From positions 73,718,001 to 73,782,000 of the forward strand of contig NC_092347.1 of assembly GCF_963676685.1 (NCBI RefSeq): DNA of 64,000 nucleotides, read 5' to 3'. Positions 50,547-64,000 of this stretch are shown in pieces (position 1 is the first letter of the stretch; each line of letters begins with the position of its first letter). The DNA is from Mytilus edulis (Eukaryota). Made by a program: the position numbers and the translations under genes. Below the pieces are notes generated by a model, which worked only from the letters and a program-made list of their open reading frames with translations, was not told the DNA's origin and made no database searches.

Positions 50547-53500
50547 TTCATATAAAACATAATAAATTACTCTAAAATATGTTTGCGTTATTGGACTGCT
50601 TTTATATAGCTATAATAAAATTTATATATATATTATAAATAGTAACATGTGGCAGATGTTCTAGAAGCTCCAGATTGAAAAAAAAATGAATAAGAGTATT
50701 TTTTTTTGCCGCAGTGAGCAATAAATTCATATTATAGGTATCATGCGTAACATTTTGTACGTCAGACGCGCCTCTGTGGTGTATAGAGTAAGAGTATTGC
50801 AGACCCAAAATTATGAAAGGTTTCGCTAAATGCAGCCCAAGTTGTCTATTCCTGGGGTAGAACTTTTTAGTATTTCGAAAAATGCAAAGTTTTGTAGATA
50901 ATTAATTCATAAAAATGACCGTATCAATGATAATTCATGTTAACATAGAAGTTATAGGCTCGTGAAACCCTCGGGAAGGAAACCTCCAAAAGCAGTGACA
51001 TCGACCCAGTGGTCGTAAAAAAACTCATCTTGGATACCAAGCATAAAAACTTTGTGCGTCAACCGCAGATTTCGTCTAGACATCCAAAAACACAAAAAGG
51101 CAAAATAAAGTACGAAATTGAAGAGCAAAGAGAACCCGAAGTTTCCAAAGTTTTGGCCTAATATAGCCAAGATTATCTACTAGTATACAGGGTTATAAAA
51201 ATTCTCAGTATTTTAGATAATTTAAATTTCTGTAAATTAATGATTAAAAAAGACCATATCAATGATAATTTATGTCAAAACAGAGGTGCTGACTCCTGGG
51301 CTTGTGACATCCTCGGATACAATATACAGCCCAGTAATGTATTTTCTAGAGCCTGGTTTACATGGTTTGCAGTTGTGTTAAATTGTGTTATTAAGTCTTA
51401 GACGAAGCACGTTTAAAAAACCACTAAGGGACGACATCAAAAGATCGATGTAGGATAAAAAACTTAATTCACATAGTTTTTTCACTGACCCCCCACCCCC
51501 TGTTAACTTAATTTGGGAAAAATTGATTTACCTTTCTGGATATATGTAAAATCGATTTTGGATTAACAAAACTTGCAGCAATGTTGACCCCTCCCCCAAC
51601 TATTTGATCAGACCTTACTGTAAATGTGGTATAATTTATTTTTTGTTGAAAGTAAGAGATGCATTAAGCATTTTCCCCAAACTTATTAAGAGAAAGAATC
51701 AATTATATAAAGTTGAAAGGGATGTTAAAGGATAATGCAGCAAGTTTAATTTCTTTTCTTTCTACAAGACACGTCGACTTCTCGACTATCATGAGATCAA
51801 GAGGAAAAAGAAGTGTTGTTTATGCACTTGAGATTCGGCAATTGTGATTATTATACTTTTAAACTAATTGTCTGAAATTATAGAACCCATATTAGTAGTT
51901 TTTGATAACTTTGAAATTATCAATTTCGCTGAGACTAGTCCTGTGCACCTTGTAAGATAAACAGTGTATATACCGAAACCTGTTGGGCATTGGGCCACTA
52001 TTCAAATCAGCTGTTAATAGTAAATTTGACTTTTTCACTTATAATAACAACCAATCATAGCTAAATAATGTTGAGCGAAACGTCGTGGTTAATTAGCGAA
52101 TAGGAGAGCCGACGAATTGTTGACGCTGCCAAAACTCATTCTTGGCGCATTGGTAAACATTGATAAAGTTTAGAAATAGTTATGTGTATCGACTCTACAA
52201 ATTGACGCATGGAAAAGATTTGGACCATGACCCCCTTAAACCAATCGAAACTTCTCTTTTAAAATATGGCACCTTGTAGTAAAATTTCATACAAAGCAAG
52301 ACCCTTTTACAAACTAATATCCTGAAACTTAAAAAATGCTACTTTTGACCACTTTTTTGTCCTTAATTACTAAACTGCTACAACAATAACACGATTGTGG
52401 TATGAAACCTTGTGCGCTTTCTGTCCCTTTTTAACCCGTAATTATTTAACGATATCAAAAACATTTCAAACTTTCCTTTTGAAGTATGGAACCTTTGGTT
52501 TAATTTCATAGTAATCTATACTCTTATACACACATCATTGTCTTAATACATGAAACATGCTTGTTTTTGGCCCTTAATGCATAAATAGCTATGACTATAA
52601 CCCCAACCGTTCTATTGTGGTAGGGAACACCCTAGTAATTGTCTGTGAATCTGACAAAAAAGTTTAAGTTCGACCATTTTTCGCCCCTAGTTCCTTTACA
52701 GCTATTATAATAACCCCCAAAAATTAATACCAACCTTTCTAATGGTGTGGGGAACCTTGTGCGAAAATATAGACCAAATAAATATTTTTTTCTAAAAATG
52801 TCCTGTTCTAAATCGGGAATATGGCAGTTGTTATCAAATATTTTTTATGTATGTAGCATTGGCGTTTGTTTTTGATGCATTTCAGTGGTTTTATTGTTCC
52901 ATTATTTTCCCTCGTTTTTAGTTTGTTACCCAGATTTATTTTCTCACAATCGATTTATGACTTTTGAACAGCGGTATACTACTGTTGCCCTTATTTAAAT
53001 ACTTTTAAAGTTAGTCTTAAAATCAGACTGATAACTGTTTTGGTCCCTTTCTGGCCCTAATTGCAAAACACTGAGACAATAACCCCAAAGTCAATCATAG
53101 CCCTGCTATTGTGGAATGGAACTTTGTACTTAAATTTCTTCCACATCAATACATGGTGGCCTTCGGATAATATCTGCTCTTTCGTCGGTTTGTTGTCTCT
53201 TTGACATATACCCAATTTCCGGTTGTATAAAATCATTAGACAAAACAAACCCATAGTTTTTAACATTCTCTGTACGAAGAAAAGGAGAATTGATATCTAT
53301 GACAGGTAGAAACTTCGAAACATTAAGCATACATTAAGTATACAAAATATGAAGTATTCAGGTATTCAGGTATTCAACTGCTGAAATAGTAAGTAGCACA
53401 CACAGAGCTAACGACACAGCCGCTAGAATAGCTTGCCTATGTATCACATTCTGGAAACAAAAAATGACATTTCATCCGAAGTAGAATTGCAAAAAAGTTT

Positions 53501-53818
53501 AGAAATTTCTCATTGAACGAAACTGCTTACTTTGTCACGTGTATAAATAAATAGAAATAACAATTTATTATTAATCTGGTGCAACTCAAGATTTACATGT
53601 TCACCAGGTATGCTCATTACAATAAAAAAATGAAATCCAGGTGAAACGCATTTGACATCATATGTTATCACACCTTAAAAAATATCAGAAATGAAATTTG
53701 GTAAAGGTATTAGTATATTTGATTTATAATCTTTATTGTTTGTCACTTTAATAGACTTCAGACATATTCTAATAGTTGTACAACATCTACTTTGAAGCTA
53801 TATACTACGTAATCAAAA

Positions 53819-55460
53819 CTATAGGCCGTACAATGCAGGTGCATCATAATTCACAACTATTAGTTTTCCTTTCTTTAAATCAAATGCCAGCCCAAAAGGG
53901 CACCTGATTCCATCTTCAATTCCAAGCACTTTTTTTGCTTGTTTTCCATCCGACGACAATACAATTATACTATCGTTACCAGCTGAAGCAATATACACAT
54001 TTGAGTCTTTATCAACAGATACCCCCCGCGGAGATTGAACTAACTGATCTTTGTATTCCCACATCTTCTCTCCAGTCAACGAGCAGCATGTTACTGTGTG
54101 GTGTGAGTTATTGGTATAGTAGATCTTTTCTTTCAATGTTGCTACATAACTCCAATGTGGCAAGGTGTGGTCTTTTACCAAAGTAGAAGAGCAATTACCT
54201 GACATATTTACTTTCTGAATACCTGTGCCATACTCAAAGTATAACAAATAGCCATCTGAATAACATAAACCGAAGCAAGCATTGTTCGTGCTTATTTTGC
54301 GTTCAATTGTTTCAGTTAAAACGTTAATAATTTGTAATTGTTTCGATGCAGCAAATGTTACAGCGACTATCTTGTTATCCACACAGGCACAATCTACCGG
54401 AAGTGGAGTCGATAGAGGTATGCGACGCTTCAAGGTTCCATCTACCTTTAAAATCATAAGACGTTGATAGCCGTATTCTATCAGAACGATTTCTCCTGTA
54501 CTAGAAATTGAACAACCAGTGGTATAAAAACAATCAAATTTACATTGTAATTTCATTGTTATATCATCGATAGTTTTAGATGACACGTGTTCTAATGACA
54601 TTGTCTGTGCTTGTGTTGCTTTCCCAATCTGCACTTCTACCAATGGAGAGCTCAATTCGATGGATATTGTACCTAGTGAAGTAACAGTTGACATTACGTC
54701 GGTTATTTTGTTCTCAATTTTACAGTTTATATCCATCTTCTGTAAACTTTCATCATCGAATAAAGACTGCATGAATATTTCAACTTTTTTAATTCTGTTT
54801 CAATCATCTTACTACCTAGAAATGCTTGAAGGTCTGATGCATATTCTTTGATTGTTGAAATATCATTTTCCATTGAATTAACTTTTTCTGCATTTTCAGC
54901 AAGCTTTCCCAGCAAGTCCTCAGTTTGTGATTTAACTTTCGTTTCCGCAGCATATAAATCCTGAAGTATTTGTTGTTCTAGGTAGTCAAGGTAATTGTTA
55001 ATTTTAATACGGACGTGTTTTATTTCATCGTTAAATTTATGCTTTTGTTTCTGAATTTCAAAAAGATTTTGTTTTCGATCTTTAACAGCTCTATCGATAT
55101 TCAGTTTGATATCTTTCAGATTTTGATCAAGACTTTCCAATAAGACTGAAGTCTTTGCTGTTTGTATGACATTCTCCAGCGATAATATCCCAACACATTC
55201 AGCATGGTAAGACTGAATACATAGTGGACAACAGACATTTTCATGTTGGGGACAATAATTCTGGAATTTTCTGTCATGCTGTTGACAGTGTTGTGATATA
55301 TTAGTGATTGACGGTGGTAATTGTTTGTAGTTGTCGACAGATATAACTCCATGGTTACGTGAGGATTTGGATGCACTGTGATGCTTTAGACATGGGGAAC
55401 ACAGTCCTTCATCACATTCAGGGCACCAATAGTCAGCATTTGGAGATGGTATGGTATTGG
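53819..55460 (-). pseudogene. RING-less TRIM-like gene (B-boxes, coiled coil, NHL-type propeller), frameshifted and lacking an evident start
   Basis: ADYWCPECDEGLCSPCLKHH..H, HCQQHDRKFQNYCPQHENVCCPLCIQSYHAEC, coiled coil, then PRGVSVDKDSNVYIA / PFGLAFD; one-base shift at a T6 run ~54785-54790. Confidence 0.8.
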
Positions 55461-58400
55461 TTCAATATATTGATGTTAAAAAATGTAAAACATTCGGTGA
55501 CCTTGCAGCTGACTATAAAAAAAATATGTCCCAATAAATTTCTATATCGCACATACTAGCACATGTTTTTGCCCGATCCGACATTAACAACTCTATAAAG
55601 TCTGCTGAAAGGGAACGCCGTACAAAGAATACAGCTTCGACAAAAGTGTATCAGATTTTTGAGGGGAGAAGTATTCCTGACTCGAAAACTCTACAAATCC
55701 CCTATAATTCCACCTGATGTGACCTTTACGTAGACAGAACTTTGTAAAAAACTCAAGAGGAGGCCGATACTCAATGCCTTAAACTTTGACACGAAGTTTA
55801 TGGAAATGTAAAAATGCGAAAGAACAATCATACGGACCTCTAATACAAATGTGATTGCTCTGTGTGTTTGCTACTAAAAATATATGACACATACAAGCGA
55901 GTTGTGAGTGCAGATGAGGACAATAAGCAGTGTAAAGGATAGGCAAATATTTTAAACCATTCACTATAACTATGTGTCTGTCTTTCCTTAACAATTTGTA
56001 AACTATTGTCTGCTGTACATGAACTTACCGGAAGCGACACAACTTCGTCTTTGTTTGGAGTAGATATACAAACTGTCGACAAAACTTCGAAGGACACGCA
56101 CGGCTATTTCAGTGGTTTTTAGAGTTTCGGTAATATTGACAAAGATGAAGCCCTTGTTTGGGCATGAAAGTTAATTTCAAAGCTTTATGATAAAAAAATA
56201 TCTCTTTAAAACCGTTCCATCATAATAATTATTCAAGCTTGCCACCAGTACAGATGTAAGTTTAGTCATCTTACCTCCCTGTGAGTCGGCACTGAAATAG
56301 CATGTTTACGTACTTCGTTTCAAACTAAAAATTTGGACCGCATTACACATTGCTAAACCCGTATCCGGTCACCTTTAGAATATGGTTGAGTGAAATGATT
56401 CATTACACCCCGTGTATTTTAAAGGACATATGTCAGCAGAACTCTTGTAGGATCTTGTGTTTTCATTGAAGAGGAATATCTGCAGGTAAAAAAGTCATGT
56501 GTTTGTTCGCAACAAAGCCTTACATGTTCGGAACTTGGCTTCTGTAAAGGATAAGAATTATGTAGAAATTTCAAATCATGTTCCTTGACGGATGAACCAG
56601 AAGATACTCCTGGCATAATTCTGTTGTGTGGATCTCTTTGATTGGATTTTTGAATTGTAAATGTTTTAGAGGTATTGAGTTCTTTTTAGTTTTAATGAAT
56701 GACATGATTGAGCTTATGCAAAATACGCCGTCATTAAGTAGGCTTCAGGTAAAAATAATATTGATCATTTATTGATGAGGTTGCATGTCAGTCGGCAAGG
56801 TAACTACTGTAACTTTAACAGATTATGCGTTGATCTTGTATAATAGAAAACAAATGTTTGAAAAACGCCAATTTCCAAAATAAATTCTTATTCAGTTTTG
56901 TTTTACATTTTCCAGATAAATGATTGTCAATTGATTTGAAAAAATGTCTGTATCCGAAGTTTAACCTAAATTGTTGTATATGTCTTCAAATTTTGAAAGT
57001 ATGGAAGAAAACAAATACAAACAGAATTTGATCTTTGACCTTATTTCATGCAAAACATTCATCACATTTCTTTTTGACGACATCGATATTTAAATAGTAC
57101 TCATTTTCCCGAATCTAATGATATATAATATAGCAATATAGTATGTTTGACGATTAAATCTAAAAAATATCGGGTCTGGTCACCTTACTATTTGATGGCA
57201 TACGGTTTCATTAAATTCACACAAATAGACATATATATCTGATCTGTAGTCAAGTCCCTATGCTTGTATCTGAGTTAGAACGTCTTCCCCCGAGTTCTCA
57301 CATATATAAACACATGTTATGGGAGGAGACTAGCATAGTATTGAAAATTATTGCACTTAATTTAACCTAGTTAAAACCTACATATGAGTGTTTTAAAAAG
57401 CTATTTGAAGAAAGAAAACACCACATACCATCAAAATGTCAAACATTTATATTACACTTTGTCAGAATATAAGACTACATTGCGAAAAAAAAACCAATAA
57501 ATTATACATTGAAGACGGAAAACTACGTGTTACATTTAAGGGTTATTTTGGAACTAGTATTAGAAATTATACGTCAATTATACATTATTTGATCAAAGAG
57601 AAAATATTACTATTGATTAATAATAAATGTTCATAAATTGCCAATTTAATCTGACAGATGCAAAAATTAAGACTCTCTTCGACAAACCTAATGTTTAAAT
57701 TCCTTATATATTTAAATGCGACAATCAATTCAATGAAAAGAAAAGAAGTGGTGATAAGTTTATTAAATTCATATCCAAACTTAATTAAAAATCTTTCATG
57801 CATTTCTAGGACGAGAAAAAAATAACAATAAATACAAAAGGTAGGTTTTTGTGATAGAGTCCGTCCGAGGGGAAGGTCTGTGAAATTCGGACTGCCTTTG
57901 AAAAATAAGTGTGTATACGCGCGTTTGATGCAAATACAAACTTTCAATCCTGGTATCTATGACTAGTTTGGAAAAGGATAGTAATTTTGACTTGCATGAA
58001 AGAGTTATTTTTAAAAGCACTCTAGCGTGACGGCACTCTAAACTAGGGTTCAGTGTTAACACCCCTATTTTGCTCGGACGAAGCTGCGTATTCATATATT
58101 CTGCACAACCAGAAGGATGTTCTACTTTTACAAGGGTTTTACAGCTGTAACTAATAAAAGGCAAGTTCGATTGAATCGTTTGTCTTTGTTGAGTTGTAGA
58201 TAGAAACGAAAAGTGATACTTAAATCAATTTCGGCCTATCCCTTTCTGGTCCCCTTCATAAAATAGTTTGTTTCTTTTATTTGAACCTGTTTTGGGATCC
58301 ATTTTGGCAAATATAATTTTCATGCAGGAAATCTGGTTTGCTGTCAATTGACAGCCTCTTGTGCTTTGTTTTCCATCAATTTTGATGTTTTAGCTTCGGT

Positions 58401-59449
58401 TCTGTGCATCTGTATTAGTATATTCTATCTGTTCTGATTTTCTTATCCTTTCCTACTGACCCTTCAGTATATATCTGGTTATGTTGTTTGTTATTCGATT
58501 TTCATTGTAATCCCAAGCTATCAATATTATTTTCTGAGTTAATTCTAGACTTTTTTTTATCTCTTTCCCTCTAGATTTTGTATTTTTATTGAAGAATCGC
58601 ATTTTCTATAAAAAAAACCAAAAAAACTTACACCCATGGGAAGATCTTTTGTAAAAGGTCTTTTTAAAATCTGGGTATTCCAATCGTTAACCACTATGTC
58701 TCTCTAACGTATGCTTTCCACAATCTTCTCAAAATTCTGGTCAGTAAAGATTTACCAAACCCATTTGATCTAAAAAAATAAATACATCTAAAAGGAAGAA
58801 AAAAACCGTGCACTTCACCCTGACCCGGAGAGCTTATGTTTTACTATCCTCAATAACGGCATAGGCCCGGCAGAACTACTGAGTCACTGGAAGTGGCCCG
58901 GTTGGTGATAGAAAATGGCCGAAAATTAACTAAACCCATGAAACATGGAAGGATGAAAATGCAACATGTGTCTACTGCCACACTCCCTCTATCTTAATGG
59001 TCCAAATTCTCCACCATTGCAGCCTTCAATGCGACACTGGATCAACCCTGGGGTGTAAAAGAACTCAATACGATTTTCCATATTTTTTTCATCTCAATCG
59101 CGATCTGCGAATAGTTTTATTTCCATCTGAAATACGAATTAACAGGTAACTGTGAAATGAGACAATGCATTTTGTTTCACTGAACAAATGTTTCTGTCAA
59201 TTCGATATCACAAGCAAATCCCCTTTAAAAATAATGCAATATGTTATGTCAAACGTTTCTCTTGAAAATTCTGACACAGCCCACATTAGCCAGTTGTATG
59301 AAAATGATAATTGGGTTTATTTGGTATTGGTGTTTACGGTTTTATCACCGTGACTGAAAACCTAGGAGTCTATGGCCAACAAATTGTCGTATAATGGGAT
59401 ATGCCAATCCAGAATATTCATACTAAATTGGTACACATAGACCAATTCG

Positions 59450-60410
59450 AGGATTTGAATATTGATACAGATTAATCAATATAGGTACTCGCAGTATCGC
59501 AAGTATGTTAATATAATTTGCAAAACAATTGTTCATGCACGTATACAGGAGTATCCTTAGATCATACTCGCCCTTTCTTGTAGAATAAAAAGTCATGTTC
59601 CCCCCTTTGTTTCCAATCATAGTTTTTTTCTTCTGTCTATGGAATCTTGACTATAAATTCATGAACTACATCAAAAATTCTTTGCATGGCGTCGCGCATC
59701 CATCCTACGTGAATTCGGACTGTAGCTTAAACTTTCATTGAGGTTTGATTCGGTTACAATATCAATTCATTTGGTAAGAATATTGTGTATTCTAATATTA
59801 ATAATTTTTGGCATTTAGTTCTTTTGTGGGTACATGTTCTGTATGACACGGTAACATAAGGGAGATAGATATCTCAATCTTCTTCATTTTCACAATTTTT
59901 ACATAAAAAAATGCCTGTTCCTAGTCAAGAATATGACCGTTGTTATCCATTCTATTGATGTGTTTGAGCTTTTGATTTTGATAAAGGACTTTCCGTCTTG
60001 AATTTTCCTTCGAGTTCGGTATTTTTGTTATTCTACATTGACTACATTTGAAGGGTCTTTTGTAGTACTCTATTATACCGTTTGACTGCAGATGAAAGGG
60101 AGTTATTTTCAGTTTCGGCAATTTGCAATAGATTGCAAATACTACTTTGATTCGATCTCACGTCACTGATCAGTATGTATACGACATGGCGTCCCAAAAC
60201 GAGAAATAAATTCTCGTTACAAACTTGTTGGACACTGTCCGAACACAAGGAGAGAGTTTGATGCTTCAGTCTACATGGTAAAGTAGCTGTTCTAATTAGT
60301 GTAATTGAGTTGATGGCGATGTATTCCTTCGGTCTGTTAACATGTCTATGTTGCATGGAAGATTTGCCTCTACCAGGGCCAGTTTTCTTTGATGGTATTA
60401 TAGACCCCAT
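59450..60410 (-). mobile_element. Decayed Ty3/Gypsy integrase
   Basis: REFISRFGTPCRIHTDQ*REIES (~60216-60150), ITPFHLQSNGIIE, and C-terminal WMRDAMQRIFDVVHE...EEKNYDWK; many stops and shifts. Confidence 0.75.
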
Positions 60411-60504
60411 CGTGTTAGTTTAAACATATTTATTTATAGTGGATTGGGAAACAAGTTATTGCAACTTATATTAATCCCTTTCCACTTTGCGGAAACACCA
60501 CATC

Positions 60505-62333
60505 ATGTTATGTCTGTTGTCATTCCTGACCAATAGAACCTTGCGCTAACGAGTTCTATTGCTACTGATATGCCCAGCCGTTTTACGATCATGTAGAAGA
60601 CGCAAAATTTACCCCGATTTTTTTTGGTAGAACTAGTTGCTGATACGATGATCCATCACTGTTTTTCCATATTCTGTTAGAATATCACTAATTACCTCCA
60701 GTAACTCCCATTATCTAACAAAATGTTAAAATCTTGATCGGTTATGCTTATAGAAAGTTTTTTCTGTATTTGAAGAAGCGTTCTCATAGAACCGATTGTT
60801 CTGTCGTCATGTTATTATTGTTTTATTTCTGTTGCACTCCATTGTTTTGTGAGGTTTGATTCTTGAAAGTCAACCGAAGTGCTGACATTACGTATTTTGT
60901 AATTATGTTCTGTTTTGGTGGTAGTATCTATTGTGTTGACATGCATTAATATTACTGAAACAATAAACAATTATTTTCTTTACTTTAACGCTGTGGACGT
61001 TGAAATAGGGCGTCTGTATTGTCATGCAATGTTCATGTTGTATTTGTTGTATCATTAGTGACAGGTATTATAACATGTTCCCAACCCCTTATTCTGTCTG
61101 ATAACTCTATTTTTAGTGCTTGCAAAATCACCACGGATTTTTCTTGTAACGAACGTTTGACAATACGCAGGAATATGAACAGTTACTTTGAAGTGTAATC
61201 TTGCAAATTGTTTATCCTACGTGGTTGAATTCAACCAACGGAGAGCATTTTGTCTATTACAAATGCATTTCTTGACCAAAAAATGCCAAGTCTAAAATAC
61301 CCGCCATACTACCTAGTTCTGCCACGATCACATAATTTGTAAACATTTCAACCCCTAGCATAATTAGCAGTTTAGTTTTCCACATACTGCCAATGGTTAT
61401 TTGTTAGTATTTGTTAATGTTATGTCTGTTGTCATTCCTGACCAATAGAACCTTGCGCTAACGAGTTCTATTGCTACTGATATGCCCAGCCGTTTTACGA
61501 TCATGTAGAAGACGCAAAATATACCCCGATTTTTTTTGGTAGAACTAGTTGCTGATACGATGATCCATCACTGTTTTTCCATATTCTGTTAGAATATCAC
61601 TAATTACCTCCAGTAACTCCCATTATCTAACAAAATGTTAAAATCTTGATCGGTTATGCTTATAGAAAGTTTTTTCTGTATTTGAAGAAGCGTTCTCATA
61701 GAACCGATTGTTCTGTCGTCATGTTATTATTGTTTTATTTCTGTTGCACTCCATTGTTTTGTGAGGTTTGATTCTTGAAAGTCAACCGAAGTGCTGACAT
61801 TACGTATTTTGTAATTATGTTCTGTTTTGGTGGTAGTATCTATTGTGTTGACATGCATTAATATTACTGAAACAATAAACAATTATTTTCTTTACTTTAA
61901 CGCTGTGGACGTTGAAATAGGGCGTCTGTATTGTCATGCAATGTTCATGTTGTATTTGTTGTATCATTAGTGACAGGTATTATAACATGTTCCCAACCCC
62001 TTATTCTGTCTGATAACTCTATTTTTAGTGCTTGCAAAATCACCACGAATTTTTCTTGTAACGAACGTTTGACAATACGCAGGAATATGAACAGTTACTT
62101 TGAAGTGTAATCTTGCAAATTGTTTATCCTACGTGGTTGAATTCAACCAACGGAGAGCATTTTGTCTATTACAAATGCATTTCTTGACCAAAAAATGCCA
62201 AGTCTAAAATACCCGCCATACTACCTAGTTCTGCCACGATCACATAATTTGTAAACATCTCAACCCCTAGCATAATTAGCAGTTTAGTTTTCCACATACT
62301 GCCAATGGTTCTTTGTTAGTATTTGTTAATGTT
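60505..62333. repeat. 912-bp direct tandem duplication
   Basis: 60505-61416 and 61417-62328; about 4 substitutions seen; ATGTT microhomology at junctions. Confidence 0.95.
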
Positions 62334-62470
62334 GAAGTAATTTTAATCAATTATGATTTGTCACGTTTTAATTCATCTTAATTTTCGTTTGAAATCAGCG
62401 TCACTACTGATCCTCTGTCAATCAACATATTAGTGACTTAACCACCAATTTTAACATTAGCAAACCAACT
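62090..62470 (-). mobile_element. Decayed Gypsy aspartic protease
   Basis: VKIGG*VTNMLIDRGSVVTLIS (degenerate DTGS) and VIVAELGSMAGILDLAF (degenerate GILGLDF). Confidence 0.65.
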
Positions 62471-62868
62471 TATTTGTCAAGAATGGAAGGGTGTTGAAAC
62501 TGTACGTGATACTTTAATACTGCGTAACCCATTCCTCGAAATGACAGAAAGTCGGGCCATTAAACATTCATCCCGTTGTATTTCATGGTATTTGCTTTTC
62601 ATTTGTGTCTAGTTAAACCGAGAGCTCGTTAGCTTTTAAAGATTAACAGGGGTCTATTACCTTCGGTTTTGTTGTTCCCTTGAATAAAGTTTAAGAGAGT
62701 ATTCCCTTTGTTTGTTACTTTGAATTTTGTATAGTTATTTGAACTTGTTTAAATGATATTATATTTTTTTTGTTGAATGGCCAAATATCAATTTTAATTT
62801 GTGTGTTGCTAATTTAGCTTGCTTTTGTGTCATGTTTCATGTTGACGAAATGTGGATTCAGAATTTAA

Positions 62869-63447
62869 AGGAGTAGGTCCGGTAAGGACCGATTTTGGCC
62901 TCAAATTTCAGGTTCATCTGACGAAAGATTTTGAACACTTTTTAAACACTTAAGTGTCTATTTCATTTGATTCAATTAGTTTATGTGAAAGATTTTAAAT
63001 AATTTAATCATTGAAAACGATCCGATTCAAGCTCAAATATGAAAAATCTACCAAATATGCCGAAAATGTCACTTTTCAGATGGTTTTTGTCTAAAATGAA
63101 AGTGGCCGCATCCGTGTTCATCCTCAACCTTTATATATGTTATGTATTATCATCAAATACAACTTACATGTCAATATTAAGGATGAACACGAATGCGGCC
63201 ACTTTCGTTTTACACGGAAACCGTCTAAAATTTAACTAAAATGCTAGAATTGTGAAGATTTCAGTAATTTAGCATGACTTAATGGTGCTAGTACCCGATA
63301 TATGTGCATTGTATTGTCAAAAACAGCACATATTTGTGTAGCAGAAGCATTTTACTGTTCAATAAATAACTTAAAGTTTACATTTTAACAATTTTGTAAA
63401 ACTGCTATATTTTGGGGCCAAAAAGGGGTCTTACTGGACCTACTCCT
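62869..63447. mobile_element. Kolobok-type MITE
   Basis: TTAA|AGGAGTAGGTCCGGTAAG ... CTTACTGGACCTACTCCT|TTCA; internal inverted repeat ~63096-63210. Confidence 0.75.
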
Positions 63448-64000
63448 TTCACGGCAATGTAAAGAATGTTGTGAAAAATCATTTTTCTTGAAAATGCTTA
63501 TTGGAGTCAATAGTTTGGTCTCCTCAATCTCGGAAGTGATATTGTTTGGCGTCGAATTTTGTTTGTGTGCACCTTTTTTCATCCGTAAACTTCATTGAAT
63601 TTATGAACTGTGAATTTTGCAGTGGAAGTGTGTCACTTGATATCTTCCGTGTAATAATAGCCCATCGTCTTTTAAATATGCAATTGCGTTTTACACTGTA
63701 AAATAACAAAGTGATTTTTAGCTATTTTCGACCGTGTAATATAAGGCCATTGTGAATAATCAAGCAAATAATGTGCTCCTAGCCACAGGATGAAGTTACA
63801 GAAAAAGAAGTCCCCGTTTGCCTTTCCCAATTCACTGATAAAAGATGATTAATTTTTACTGTACATTGTATGCAGTGATTAATATTTTGTATGAGTATAT
63901 GTAGTATTTGTTATTTAAAGTTCAATATGATATATATTCGAAAATGCAGAATAGAAACTATTCACTTAAAAGATATGTACACTAAAGAATTGTTGCGCAA

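Noticed and set aside
48581-50560. Pro-rich - strand ORFs (48581-48862, 49115-49381, 49949-50560)
   Set aside because: Antisense shadows of Gly/Ser-rich protein B.

Overview
AT-rich, intron-containing animal genomic DNA. The repeat families and the B-box/NHL gene type look like a bivalve mollusc, probably a mussel (inference from recognition, not a search). I spliced five genes by hand from GT/AG boundaries and reading phase: (1) the 3' part of an RNF126/RNF115-type RING-H2 E3 ligase (+, 153-10451); (2) a CYYR1/Shisa-like single-pass membrane protein with PPxY motifs (+, 21356-24892); (3) UBTD1/2 (-, 34429-37863); (4,5) a head-to-head pair of secreted Gly/Ser-rich proteins (-, 42130-44884, ~540 aa; +, 46964-50546, ~651 aa). 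There is also a disrupted B-box/coiled-coil/NHL TRIM-like sequence (-, 53819-55460). The rest is mostly mobile DNA: Penelope-like RT fragments, a decayed Gypsy element, nested Helentron-associated (HINE-like) elements and several MITEs. Two things stand out. First, the divergent Gly-rich pair shares basic cleavage motifs, His near the predicted mature N-termini, a C-terminal GGK(W/Y)GGSSGKW motif, and similar core promoters ~360 bp apart. Second, a 24 x 67-bp tandem array amplifies the 3' end of the RING exon together with its splice donor, and only the first donor keeps the reading frame productive.
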